Made by a program: the position numbers and the translations under genes. The notes below the pieces were generated by a model, which was not told the origin of the DNA, ran no database searches, and worked only from the letters and a program-made list of their open reading frames with translations. A stretch of DNA of 64,000 nucleotides, taken from assembly GCA_937968015.1 (NCBI GenBank), contig CALBSO010000143.1, forward strand, positions 31,346-95,345, read 5' to 3'. This DNA comes from an uncultured Thermomicrobia bacterium (GTDB lineage Bacteria > Chloroflexota > Chloroflexia > Thermomicrobiales > JALYUS01). Below, piece by piece: positions 19,321 through 28,796 of this stretch. The number at the start of each line of letters is the position of its first letter. The stretch's first letter is position 1.

Positions 19321-19878
19321 ATGGAACTGCACATCAAGGCGCACCAGATCTCTCTCTCGTCGGATTTGCAGGATTACATTGACCGGAAACTGGGCCGCCT
19401 CGACCGATTTCTGGGCCGCGTGACCGATGCGAAACTCGAACTGCGCGAGGAGCAACGGCACACGGGGGGCGTGCGCCAGATCGCCCAATTGACGATCGTG
19501 ACGAACTTCGCGCTCTTGCGCGCGGAAGAAGACGCGGCGGACATCCACGCGGCGGTTGACGCGGTCGCCACCAAGATGGAGCGGCAGATCGTCCGCTACC
19601 GCAGTAAATGGAAGAGCCGTCGCCATGGTCATCATGAGGGTGAATTGCCACTGCCTGCCGAGGAATCGGAGGGCGATGGGGCGGAGCGTGCGCCGGACGC
19701 GCGGATTGTCCGGACCAAGGCCTTCTCCGCGAAGCCAATTGACGCGGAGGAGGCGATCGAGCAGATGGAATTGCTCGGCCATGCCTTTTTCGCCTTCATC
19801 AATGTACGATCCGGTACTGTCAACGTCGTGTATCGGCGGCGCAATGGCGGGTATGGGCTATTACAGCCAGCGCAATAA
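19321..19878 (+). CDS. hpf: Ribosome hibernation promoting factor, long form (HPF/RaiA)
   Basis: MELHIKAHQISLSSDLQDYIDRKLGRLDRFL N-domain, plus the C-terminal dimerisation domain KPIDAEEAIEQMELLGHAFFAFINVRSGTVNVVYRRRNGGYGLLQP. The upstream part of the listed ORF overlaps the tRNA. Confidence 0.9.
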   Translation: MELHIKAHQISLSSDLQDYIDRKLGRLDRFLGRVTDAKLELREEQRHTGGVRQIAQLTIVTNFALLRAEEDAADIHAAVDAVATKMERQIVRYRSKWKSRRHGHHEGELPLPAEESEGDGAERAPDARIVRTKAFSAKPIDAEEAIEQMELLGHAFFAFINVRSGTVNVVYRRRNGGYGLLQPAQ

Positions 19879-19955
19879 ACGAGAACGGGAATAGTGGCCC
19901 CGTTGTTGCGTTTCAGTTGCACGGTGGCTCATGAAGCGCGCGTCGGAGGCGACGG

Positions 19956-21089
19956 TTGACACACACGGCAGTAATCGGGACTCAGAACGTGCCCGTCGAA
20001 GTAACATCATTCAATGCGCTCCGCGAGGGCTGGAATGCGCTCCTGCCGACGGCGATTACGCCCTACCCGTTTCAATCCATCGGCTGGGCCGAGTCATGGT
20101 ATCGCGTCTTCGGCGCCGATGCCGAGCCACTCCTCCTTGCTGTCCGGGACGATGCGGGTGTGCTGATCGGTATCGCGCCGCTCGTGCTCCGTCAAACCGC
20201 CCTCGGTCGTACCATCCAGTTGATGGGCGGGGCCGACGTGACCGATTACCTCGATATCATCGCGCCGGAACACCAGTTGCACCGTGTCTGGACGGCGGTT
20301 ACGGGCTATTTGCTCAGTATCCGCGCGCGGTGGGACGCGATTGATCTGCACTGTGTACCCCAGTGGTCGCCATCGCATGCGGCCGTCGCGGAAATGCTGG
20401 CGGAGACGACTCATGTCCGTATCGTGCAGGAGGAAGTCTGCCCCGTCGTGCGGCTCGGCGGGCCATTCGAGGCATATCTTCGGGCATTGCCGAAAAAAGA
20501 ACGCCATGAGATCAAGCGCAAGGCGCGGAATTTCGAGCGCGACGCGCCAACGGGCACGTTGCGTCTCCTCACCAGGCGGGAGGATGCCCTCGGCGCGCTG
20601 CCGGACTTCTTTCGACTGCATCGCCTCAGCGCGCCCGACAAGGAACGGTTCCTCACGCCGGAAATCGAGCAATTCTTTCACGAGATGACCGGGGCGATGG
20701 CCGATGCGGGCTGGCTCCGTCTCTACTTCCTCGATATTGGTGGCGAGCCGGTTGCTGCCATCTACACCTTCGCCGCGGACGGACGCCTGCTGGTCTATAA
20801 CTCGGGGTTCGACCCCGCCTTCGCGCGGATCAGTGTCGGCATGGTGCTAACCGGCATGGTGATCGAGGACGCGGCGAATAGCGGCCTGACGCTCTGTGAC
20901 TTTCTGCGCGGCAATGAGACATATAAATACCGGTTCGGCGCCTTCGATACACCGATCTGGCGCGTCGTTGCGTCCGATGATCGGGCGAGTATCGCGCAGG
21001 CGGTCGCCGAGACGGAGGCACGATTGCGGATGTTCGCGGACGACCGCGACTTGACCGACGAAGAACGGGGCAGGGAGGAACGACCTTGA
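19956..21089 (+). CDS. GNAT-family acetyltransferase, CelD/BioF2-like (Acetyltransf_6-type)
   Basis: 377 aa with the layout typical of CelD-like GNATs (FQSIGWAESWYRVF ... LRLYFLDIGGEPVAAIYTF ... YNSGFDP ... DFLRGNETYKYRFGA). TTG start with GGAGG 6 nt upstream. Confidence 0.6.
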   Translation: MTHTAVIGTQNVPVEVTSFNALREGWNALLPTAITPYPFQSIGWAESWYRVFGADAEPLLLAVRDDAGVLIGIAPLVLRQTALGRTIQLMGGADVTDYLDIIAPEHQLHRVWTAVTGYLLSIRARWDAIDLHCVPQWSPSHAAVAEMLAETTHVRIVQEEVCPVVRLGGPFEAYLRALPKKERHEIKRKARNFERDAPTGTLRLLTRREDALGALPDFFRLHRLSAPDKERFLTPEIEQFFHEMTGAMADAGWLRLYFLDIGGEPVAAIYTFAADGRLLVYNSGFDPAFARISVGMVLTGMVIEDAANSGLTLCDFLRGNETYKYRFGAFDTPIWRVVASDDRASIAQAVAETEARLRMFADDRDLTDEERGREERP

Positions 21090-22402
21090 CGCCGCCGGAA
21101 TTGTTCATCCTGCCCTCGTCCGTGCGGCGAATCGCCATGCTCGCGGTGCATACAAGCCCGTTGGCGCGGATCGGCGGGCCAAGCGCCGGTGGGTTGAATA
21201 TCTACGTCCGGGAACTGGCGCGGGAACTGGCGGCGCGCGGCGCGCGGGTAGACATCTTCACGCGGCAGGAGTCGGCGCGGGTACCCACCGAAACGCTGCT
21301 CGAACCGGGAGTCTGTTTAGTTGCCCTGCCGTGTGGTCCATTCGGCAATGTAGATAAGGTATCACTTGCGCCTTTCCTGCCGTCGTTTGCGATGGCGGTT
21401 GATACATGGGCGCATGAGAACCGGCGGACGTACGATCTGATCCATGCCCATTACTGGCTCTCCGGCATCGTCGGGGACGCGCTCCGCTGCCGGTGGGATG
21501 TGCCGTTGCTGATGACCTTCCATACCCTCGCGCAAGCGAAGAACAATGTCGCCCGCTCAGAGTCGGAGAATGAGGCGGCGCAGCGCGTGGTGGCGGAACG
21601 GCGGTTGATGCACAGTGTGGACGCGGTGATGGCCTTCAATCCGCAGGAGAAGGCGGAGATGACATGGTATTACCGCGCGGAACCGGGAAAAGTCTGTGTT
21701 GTCCCCGCGGGGGTTGATACCACGCTCTTCCGGCCCGGCGATCGCGCCGAGGCTCGTCGGTTTCTCGATCTCCCCCCGGACGATCCGACGATTCTCTACG
21801 TCGGACGGATTGATCCGATAAAGGGGATTGATGTGCTCGTGGACGCACTCTGCGGATTGCGGCGCGAGATGTGGCTGACGGCGCCGCCACGGTTGCTGCT
21901 CGTTGGTGGCGGAGAGGGTGAACCCGCTTTTGAGAAACTCATTGCGCGCGCCGCCGCGCGGAACCTCCTGGATCGAATTGATTTTATCGGCTCCGTATCA
22001 CACACAGAATTGCCAGCCTATTACCGCGCGGCGGATGTCGTTGCGGTCCCATCGTTTTATGAATCCTTTGGTCTTGTCGCGGTCGAAGCGATGGCGTGTG
22101 GCACGCCGGTCGTGGCGTCACGGGCTGGTGGCCTCGCCTTTACGGTGGATGATGGCCGAACGGGGTATCTTGTGCCGCACAACGATCCCCTGGCGTTGGC
22201 GACGCGTTTGCGAGCCGTCCTCGCCGATGCGGATGTGCGATCGCGACTTGGCGCGCAGGCGACCGTCGCGGCGCAACGCTTCAGTTGGTCGGTGATCACC
22301 AGCCGTGTCGTGCATATATATGACCGGCTGATCCGGGGCTATCGGATGGATTTGTGCAATGAAACGCCATCGCGTGGCGCGATGATGACGGGCGGATCAT
22401 AG
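21086..22402 (+). CDS. Family 4 glycosyltransferase, MshA-like
   Basis: HTSPLARIGGPSAGGLNIYVRELARELAARGARVDIFTR closely resembles the MshA N-terminus. The C-terminal block is E..G(L/V)V..EAMACGTPVVASRAGG. TTG start overlaps the upstream stop, with GGGAGG upstream. Confidence 0.8.
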   Translation: MTPPELFILPSSVRRIAMLAVHTSPLARIGGPSAGGLNIYVRELARELAARGARVDIFTRQESARVPTETLLEPGVCLVALPCGPFGNVDKVSLAPFLPSFAMAVDTWAHENRRTYDLIHAHYWLSGIVGDALRCRWDVPLLMTFHTLAQAKNNVARSESENEAAQRVVAERRLMHSVDAVMAFNPQEKAEMTWYYRAEPGKVCVVPAGVDTTLFRPGDRAEARRFLDLPPDDPTILYVGRIDPIKGIDVLVDALCGLRREMWLTAPPRLLLVGGGEGEPAFEKLIARAAARNLLDRIDFIGSVSHTELPAYYRAADVVAVPSFYESFGLVAVEAMACGTPVVASRAGGLAFTVDDGRTGYLVPHNDPLALATRLRAVLADADVRSRLGAQATVAAQRFSWSVITSRVVHIYDRLIRGYRMDLCNETPSRGAMMTGGS

Positions 22403-22465
22403 GGGTCAGCACGGGGAGTCATGGCAAGCAGCGGCGGCGAATTGCTCAGTGACCGTACCTGTCCG

Positions 22466-22813
22466 CTATCGGGTCTTGTCTTTGACCGCCTGCTCCCGGT
22501 CACGCTGGGCCTTGTAGAACTTCTTGTCCTTGGGCATCGGGCGGGCGTCTTCGCGCTCGCGCTCCGCCAGCGCGATGGCGGTCGCGGCGTTCAGTTGCTC
22601 TTCGAGTAGCGTGAGGTCGTTGTACACGCCGCTGTTCTTATGCGCTTCCGGCGTGCGCATGAGCATTTTGACGAGTTGGGTCAAGGACGGCGCGGAGGCG
22701 TCCGTGCCTTGCGCGCGATTGAGGTACGTGTCAACCATGGTGAGGGTTGGCGGTATGGCATTATTCGCCGCGAGCCGATCGCGGATGGTGATGAGGCCGT
22801 CCGTGACGCGCAT
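22466..22813 (-). CDS. Hypothetical protein (115 aa), helical with Lys/Arg/Glu-rich C-terminus
   Basis: Only the 3-prime 115 codons of the listed 390-aa ORF are credible. ATG 22813 is preceded by GGAAGGAG. Everything further upstream is antisense to nuoE. Confidence 0.55.
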   Translation of the reverse strand: MRVTDGLITIRDRLAANNAIPPTLTMVDTYLNRAQGTDASAPSLTQLVKMLMRTPEAHKNSGVYNDLTLLEEQLNAATAIALAEREREDARPMPKDKKFYKAQRDREQAVKDKTR

Positions 22814-22909
22814 GGTGAGTCTCCTTCCGGTAGCGCGGAACGCGCGAACCGCTTGGAGTATAGCATGGGCACGAGCCGTCGCGTGGAACACACGCCGATT
22901 TTTCCCGCG

Positions 22910-22938
22910 TTGACGGGTAAAATGCGCCGCCGTATACT
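22910..22938 (+). promoter_or_regulatory. sigma70 promoter for the nuoE/nuoF-like pair (TTGACG-17nt-TATACT)
   Basis: TTGACG 22910-22915, an exact 17-nt spacer, then TATACT 22933-22938, about 90 nt upstream of the ATG. Confidence 0.55.
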
Positions 22939-23029
22939 CTCGCTTGGGGCACCATGTGCCGTCGAATGCGAATGTCTTCACGGGGCGATCCGTCGCTGAG
23001 GACGGTCGCGAGCAGGCAGGAGCGCCAGA

Positions 23030-23581
23030 ATGTTCAAACTTACCGGGGAAGATATAGACCTGGACTGGGTACGCGAGGTACTGGCCGAGCACTTCACGCC
23101 GCGTGACTATCAGGAAGCGCAGGAACTGATTTTGCCCTCGCTTCAGGAAGTCCAGGAGCGGTTCGGCTACGTCTCGGAGGAGGCGGTCAGCGTGATTGCC
23201 TCCCATCTCGACATCTCCGAAACCCGCGTGTTTGGCGTGATGACCTTTTACAACGACTTCCGATTCCGGAAACCGGGGGCGCATGTCCTGCTGATTTGCA
23301 ATGGGATGGCGTGCCGTGTCGTGGGATCGCAGCGACTCATCAACGAAGTGATTTACCCACGCCTCGGACTTGGCGAGAAGGAGACGACGCCGGACGGGCA
23401 GATTACGATGCAGATCTTCCCCGGCTGCCTCGGCGCGTGCGATCAGGCGCCGCTCTGCATGGTGGACGGCGCGTACCATGCGCAGATGGACAACACGAAA
23501 TTGAGCGCGTTGATTGATGAACTCCTGACCAATGACGGCGAGGAAGCGGCCACCACGACACCGGGAGGTACACACGCATGA
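23030..23581 (+). CDS. NuoE-like [2Fe-2S] thioredoxin-fold subunit (NADH dehydrogenase 24 kDa / HoxE family)
   Basis: LPSLQEVQERFGYVSEEAVSVIASHLDISETRVFGVMTFYNDF ... CNGMAC ... GCLGACDQAPLCMVDG cysteine pattern. Confidence 0.85.
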   Translation: MFKLTGEDIDLDWVREVLAEHFTPRDYQEAQELILPSLQEVQERFGYVSEEAVSVIASHLDISETRVFGVMTFYNDFRFRKPGAHVLLICNGMACRVVGSQRLINEVIYPRLGLGEKETTPDGQITMQIFPGCLGACDQAPLCMVDGAYHAQMDNTKLSALIDELLTNDGEEAATTTPGGTHA

Positions 23582-25338
23582 ACGTCCACACCTCATCAGC
23601 CTCCCCGACCGTGCCACATTTGGCTGACCGAGAGGCATTTAACCGCTACCGGGACGCGGCGACCGAGCGGTATCAACGGATGATGTCCGCCGTCGAGCGG
23701 CCGGTCGTCAGCATCGCGATGAGTGAATGCACGCGCGCGAAGGGCGTCGAAGACGTCATCGCGGCGTTCACGGCACAGTCGGGTGCGCGGGGCATGGATC
23801 TCGAGATTCGCCAGGTCGGTTGCTTCGGCAACTGTTATGCCGAACCCGTCGTTGAAGTGCGGAAGGCGGGGTGGCCCGCCGTGATGTACGGCTACGTCAC
23901 GGCAGACGACGTGCCGGCGATTCTCGACGGTATCCGCGACGATCGCGCGAATGTTGCCCGTCCGCTCGGTGTCTACTTTGACGGCCCGGCGGATGAGCAA
24001 CGACCCGAGCCGTTTCAGGGCATTCCGCCGCTGAAGGACGACCCGTTCTGGCGCTTGCAGCAGCGCATCGTACTCGGTAAGGCGGGTCTGATTGACCCCC
24101 TGCGCCTCGATGAGTATGTGGCGCGCGGTGGCTATGCATCGTACGCGAAGGCGCTCTTCGATATGACCGAAGACGAGGTCATTGCGGAGATGAAGACGTC
24201 GAATGTGCGCGGTCGTGGTGGTGCGGGGTTCCAGGCGGGCATCAAATGGGAGAGTGCGCGTGCGTCGGTGGGGCACCCGAAATACGTCTGCTGTAACGCG
24301 CATGAGGGCGAGCCGAACGTCTTCAAGGACCGCAAGATGCTCGAACTCGACCCGCATGAGGTGATCGAGGGAATTCTGATTGCCTGCTACGCGATCGGAT
24401 CTGATCGTGGCTACATCTACATCGGCGGCGAGTACCCGCTTGCCATCCGCCATTTCCGCCATGCGGTGCAGGAGGCGGTGGAGGCGGGCCTCATCGGTGA
24501 CAATGTACTTGATTCGGGCTTTACGGTCGAAATGGTCGTGCGCGTCGGTGGCGGCGCGTATATCTGCGGCGAAGGTTCGGCAATGCTCTACTCAATCCAG
24601 GGCACGCGCGGCCAACCGCGTACCAAGCCGCCGCGCTCGGTCGAATACGGGTTGTGGGGCAGGCCGACCGTCGTGAACAATGTCGAGACGCTCGCCAACG
24701 CGCCGCACATCATCGAGAAGGGCGGGGCGTGGTACGCCAGCATCGGCGTAGATAAGAGCCAGGGCACGAAAGTCTACACGATGGGCGGCAACATCAAGGG
24801 CGTCGGTATGAGTGAGCTGCCGTTCGGCGTCACAACCGGCGAACTGATTAACGAAGTCCATCTTGGCATGCGGGACGGCTTCAAATTCAAAGGGCTGCAA
24901 ACAGGCGGCGTCTCTGGCGGCGTACTGACGGAGGAGGATTTCGACCTCCCAATGACCTTTGAGGGGATCGAGCCTGCCGGTGGTCTGATCGGTTCGGCGG
25001 GGTTCGTCGTCTACGATGACACGACGAGTATGGTTGATCTGGCGCATTACATGATCGAGTTCAACCGCAACGAATCGTGCGGGAAGTGTACACCGTGCCG
25101 GTTGGGCACCCAGGCATTACTGGAAGTCCTCGACCGTTTCCAGCGCGGGCAGGGGCGCGTCGCCGATCTCGATGTCATCATGGAGACAAGCGACCAGATC
25201 ATTAAATTATCGTTATGTGGTCTCGGGCAGGCCGCGCCGGTCCCGGTGCAAAGCATGATCCTCAAGTTCCGGCACGAGTTCGAGGAGCGCTGCATTGACG
25301 CGCCCAAGCGCCAGGAATTGCCGCTCGCCGCCGACTGA
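23578..25338 (+). CDS. NuoF-like FMN/NAD(H)-binding [4Fe-4S] subunit with N-terminal thioredoxin-like domain (HoxF / Fdh-beta type)
   Basis: GRGGAGFQAGIKWE (FMN site), ICGEGSAML, ESCGKCTPCRLGT (4Fe-4S). The N-terminal extension carries VGCFGNCYAEP. ATGA overlap with the nuoE-like gene. Confidence 0.88.
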   Translation: MNVHTSSASPTVPHLADREAFNRYRDAATERYQRMMSAVERPVVSIAMSECTRAKGVEDVIAAFTAQSGARGMDLEIRQVGCFGNCYAEPVVEVRKAGWPAVMYGYVTADDVPAILDGIRDDRANVARPLGVYFDGPADEQRPEPFQGIPPLKDDPFWRLQQRIVLGKAGLIDPLRLDEYVARGGYASYAKALFDMTEDEVIAEMKTSNVRGRGGAGFQAGIKWESARASVGHPKYVCCNAHEGEPNVFKDRKMLELDPHEVIEGILIACYAIGSDRGYIYIGGEYPLAIRHFRHAVQEAVEAGLIGDNVLDSGFTVEMVVRVGGGAYICGEGSAMLYSIQGTRGQPRTKPPRSVEYGLWGRPTVVNNVETLANAPHIIEKGGAWYASIGVDKSQGTKVYTMGGNIKGVGMSELPFGVTTGELINEVHLGMRDGFKFKGLQTGGVSGGVLTEEDFDLPMTFEGIEPAGGLIGSAGFVVYDDTTSMVDLAHYMIEFNRNESCGKCTPCRLGTQALLEVLDRFQRGQGRVADLDVIMETSDQIIKLSLCGLGQAAPVPVQSMILKFRHEFEERCIDAPKRQELPLAAD

Positions 25339-25364
25339 GATCTGTGTCACACATTCACGCAAAA

Positions 25365-25393
25365 CGAGTCCGTGCCGTCGCGGCGCGGACTCG
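25365..25393 (-). terminator. GC-rich hairpin terminator between the convergent nuoF-like and OCD genes
   Basis: CGAGTCCG ... CGGACTCG with an inner GCCG/CGGC pairing. On the minus-strand RNA it is followed by UUUUG. Confidence 0.5.
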
Positions 25394-25401
25394 CGACATT
25401 C

Positions 25402-26394
25402 TCATGACAGATTGACCGTTTGCCCCCGCCCGCTGTGTGCCGCCCGGTCCACGGCGCGGCGACCGACCGCAATATCCTGTACGGCGTTGCCGACCGATTT
25501 GAAAAAGGTGATCTCCTCAGGCGAATCACGACCGCGTTTCGCGCCATGTACGAGTTCGCCGAGTTCCGCGTAAATGTCACGCTCGGTGATGAGGCCCCGG
25601 TCGCGCGCGATGACCAGATCACCCGCCTCAGCCCACGCGGCCTCGCGCTGATCCACGACGATCCGTGCCCGCGCGACCGTTTCCGGCGGTATTTCCTGCA
25701 TCGCGGGGGTATATGCGCCAATGGCGTTGATGTGCGTACCCGGTTCCACGGCGGCATCGGCGAAGAGCGCCGTGGTTGCGGGCGTCGCCGTGCAAATCAC
25801 ATCCGCACCCCGTAATGCGTGCGCGGCATCGAGCACGATCGCGATTCTTTCCGCAATCTCCGGCGCGTGCGTGCGGAGGCGCGTGATGAATGCCGTCCCC
25901 TTCTCGGCTGACCGCGCGACAAGACGAATCTCAGTAATCGGGCGTACCGCGCAGATTGCCTCCACTTGCGTCTCCGCTTGCACTCCCGCGCCAAAGAGCG
26001 CCAGGATACGCGCATCCTGGCGTGCCATCAGGTCCGTCGCGGCGCCGGAAACCGCCCCCGTGCGTAGGGCAGTCAGGTACGTCCCGTCCATGATGGCAAG
26101 CGGCACACCGTCTTCCGGATTAATCAGGCAGACCAGCGCGTGAATCGTCGGGAGGCCGCGCGACGGGTTGTTCGGGAAGACGGAGACGACTTTCAGGCCA
26201 AGCCCACCAACCGACGGCACGGCAGCGGGCATGAACAGCGTCACCGCGCGCTCCGGCGCCACCTCGATCGGCGTGCGGAGTGGTGCGACTGCGGAACCGT
26301 CAGACAACTCGCGAAATGCTTCCTTCATAAGCGCAATCGCGTCCCGCATCGGGACGAGCGTTTGGATGTCATCCGCCGTGAGCGCCAGCATCAT
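25402..26394 (-). CDS. Ornithine cyclodeaminase / mu-crystallin family protein
   Basis: Rossmann block ILALFGAGVQAETQVEAICAVRPITEIRLVARS and OCD-family flanks. I prefer ATG 26394 (MMLALTADDIQ), which has GGAGGG 4 nt upstream. Confidence 0.8.
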   Translation of the reverse strand: MMLALTADDIQTLVPMRDAIALMKEAFRELSDGSAVAPLRTPIEVAPERAVTLFMPAAVPSVGGLGLKVVSVFPNNPSRGLPTIHALVCLINPEDGVPLAIMDGTYLTALRTGAVSGAATDLMARQDARILALFGAGVQAETQVEAICAVRPITEIRLVARSAEKGTAFITRLRTHAPEIAERIAIVLDAAHALRGADVICTATPATTALFADAAVEPGTHINAIGAYTPAMQEIPPETVARARIVVDQREAAWAEAGDLVIARDRGLITERDIYAELGELVHGAKRGRDSPEEITFFKSVGNAVQDIAVGRRAVDRAAHSGRGQTVNLS

Positions 26395-26465
26395 GCTACC
26401 CTCCGAAACGTCGTGCGACCGCACGATCCGCGACCGTGCGTGAGAATATCAACTCATTTGGCCGC

Positions 26466-26481
26466 TACATCGTACGATGTA
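26466..26481. promoter_or_regulatory. 16-bp perfect palindrome TACATCGTACGATGTA (operator candidate)
   Basis: Verified base by base as self-complementary. Sits in the divergent intergenic region between the OCD gene and the FAH-aminotransferase-hydantoinase-DUF917 genes. Confidence 0.4.
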
Positions 26482-26623
26482 CGGCAATGCGGTGCCATTC
26501 CATACGATAACGGCCTTCACGTTGTGAAAAGGGGTTCCGTCATCGTCCGCGGGCATGATAAACTACTGTGCGACTGAAATCGCCTATCGTTGCAGATCAA
26601 CGGATCACAATGGGGAGGATAGG

Positions 26624-27394
26624 ATGCAATTCATCCGCTACATGGCCGATGATGGAGCGCGCTACGGCGTGCTCGAAGGCGCGCAGGTACTGTCCGCGAC
26701 GGGTGATCCGTTTTCCGGCCTCACGCCCGGTGCGGCAGTCGGGTCGCTCGATAGCCTGACGCTCCTGCCCCCCGTCCATCCCGGCAAGATCGTCGCGGTC
26801 GGGCTGAACTATGTGGACCATGTCAAAGAGGGCGGGCGTGACCGCGACGTGCCGGATGAGCCGGTCATCTTCATGAAGCCGCAGAGCGCGCTGATTGGCA
26901 ATGGCGCGACAATTGAGTTGCCGATGGATACCGAGAACATCCATTATGAGGCGGAACTCGCCGTCGTGATCGGCAAGCGGGCACGGCGCATCTCGGAAGC
27001 GGACGCATACGACTATATCCTCGGCCTCACCTGCGGCAATGACGTTTCGGCGCGCGTCCTGCAAGCGAAAGATGGGCAATGGACGCGCGCGAAGGGTTTT
27101 GACACATTTTTGCCGCTCGGTTCTTCCGTCAACGTCGGGTTGCGCGCGGACGATCTCGCCGTCCAGTCCCGCTTGAATGGTGCGGTACGCCAGAGCGCAC
27201 GTACCTCACAAATGATTTTCAGTGTGCCAAAACTGGTCGCCTTCATCTCCCGCGTCATGACCCTCGATCCCGGCGACGTGATCATCACCGGCACACCGGC
27301 GGGCGTCGGCCCGATGCAGCCAGGTGACACGATCGAAGTCGAAGTAGAAGGGATTGGCGTACTGCGCAACCCGGTCGCGGCGGAATCGGCCTAG
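26624..27394 (+). CDS. Fumarylacetoacetate hydrolase (FAH) family protein
   Basis: KIVAVGLNYVDHV, IHYEAELAVVIGK, GLTCGNDVSAR, DPGDVIITGTPAGVG motifs. ATG 26624 has GGGGAGGA upstream. Confidence 0.85.
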   Translation: MQFIRYMADDGARYGVLEGAQVLSATGDPFSGLTPGAAVGSLDSLTLLPPVHPGKIVAVGLNYVDHVKEGGRDRDVPDEPVIFMKPQSALIGNGATIELPMDTENIHYEAELAVVIGKRARRISEADAYDYILGLTCGNDVSARVLQAKDGQWTRAKGFDTFLPLGSSVNVGLRADDLAVQSRLNGAVRQSARTSQMIFSVPKLVAFISRVMTLDPGDVIITGTPAGVGPMQPGDTIEVEVEGIGVLRNPVAAESA

Positions 27395-27436
27395 CAATCA
27401 CACTGGCGCGTATCGGAATACGAGAGGGGACCCCTG

Positions 27437-28654
27437 ATGGCACAAGTACAGGAATCACGGCTGGAGAGCCTCTTCTCAGATCAGGCGAAGGCGCTGCCGC
27501 CAGGCCCGCCGACAGGTTTTTCCGCGGGCAGCGCCGACCGGATTTCCTTCACAGGGGGCTTTCCCGATCCGAACAGCCTTCCCGCCCGGAGCATTGCTGA
27601 AGCGACCGCGCGGGCGATGGAAAAGAATGGCAAGTGGGCGCTCCAGTATGGGGCGGCCGTGGGCTATGCCGGCCTGATTGACCAACTGCGCGCCAAACTG
27701 ACGCGCGACAATGGCGTCACGGTCGAGCGCGAAAACGTCTTGATTACCGCTGGGGCATCGCAGGCGATTGATCTCGTCTGTAGTGCGATGCTCAATCCCG
27801 GCGACATTGTCCTTTCCGAGGAGCCGACATGGCAGGGTGCGGTGCGGTTGTTCAGCGCTCATGACGCCAGGTGCGTCGGTGTGCCGATGGACAATGAAGG
27901 TATGCGCATGGATATGCTGGAGAACCGGTTGGCGGAGTTCAAGGCGCGGGGCGTCCAACCGAAGTTTATCTATGTCATTCCGACCTTCCAGAACCCGACC
28001 GGTGTGACGACGCCATTGCATCGGCGGTTACGGCTCCTCGAACTCGCGAAGGAGTACAACGTCGCGATCCTGGAGGACGATGCGTACTTTGACCTCCGCT
28101 TTTCCGGCGAACGCATCCCGATGCTTGTGACGCTTGATGACGTCGGCCTCGTCATGTATACCGGCACGTTCTCCAAAATCATGGCGGCGGGCATGCGGCT
28201 CGGTTGGTGCGTCGGCCCGACGACATTGATCGAGAAGATGGCGAAGTTGAAGGCCGACGGCGGCACAAGCCCCTTCGCATCAAATGTCGCAGCGGAGTAT
28301 GCGGCATCCGGCGAACTGGAGCAGCATGTCGGCGAACTGATTCACATTTACCGGAACCGACGGAACACCATGCTTGATGCCTTGCAGTCGGAGATGCCGG
28401 ACGGCGTCGAATGGACGGAGCCGAACGGAGGATTTTTTCTCTGGCTGACGTTGCCGCCGGGATGCGACTCCGTGAACATGTTGCCGGAGGCGCGCGCGCA
28501 CGGTGTTGATTTTCTGCCGGGTACGGGCTGCTACTTCGACGGTAGCGGGCGAAGCAATATCCGGTTGTCCTTCTCGTTCTCGGACGAAGAGGCGATCCGG
28601 CGTGGCGTGAAAATCCTCGCGGGTATTATCCGGGAGTATGCCTCGACAACGTAG
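27437..28654 (+). CDS. PLP-dependent aminotransferase, class I/II (2-aminoadipate/LysN-like subfamily)
   Basis: FTGGFPDPNSLP, YVIPTFQNPTG and FSKIMAAGMRLGW (PLP lysine) motifs. Confidence 0.8.
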   Translation: MAQVQESRLESLFSDQAKALPPGPPTGFSAGSADRISFTGGFPDPNSLPARSIAEATARAMEKNGKWALQYGAAVGYAGLIDQLRAKLTRDNGVTVERENVLITAGASQAIDLVCSAMLNPGDIVLSEEPTWQGAVRLFSAHDARCVGVPMDNEGMRMDMLENRLAEFKARGVQPKFIYVIPTFQNPTGVTTPLHRRLRLLELAKEYNVAILEDDAYFDLRFSGERIPMLVTLDDVGLVMYTGTFSKIMAAGMRLGWCVGPTTLIEKMAKLKADGGTSPFASNVAAEYAASGELEQHVGELIHIYRNRRNTMLDALQSEMPDGVEWTEPNGGFFLWLTLPPGCDSVNMLPEARAHGVDFLPGTGCYFDGSGRSNIRLSFSFSDEEAIRRGVKILAGIIREYASTT

Positions 28655-28796
28655 TCATCCGCTACGCCGGAGCAAAGAGGCGAATATACTCTCCGGTTCG
28701 TACTACTCCGCTTGCAGGTATACGCTGTGTGTAAACACTATGTTCCTATCGCTGCGAGGATTCTGTACAATCTGTACGTAAGGGTGTGCGATCGCG

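Noticed and set aside
22814-23638. Upstream 275 codons of the listed 390-aa minus-strand ORF (22466-23638).
   Set aside because: This part lies antisense to the well-supported nuoE-like gene and its promoter and has Arg/Gly/His-rich antisense-type composition. Only the last 115 codons have an SD and plausible sequence.
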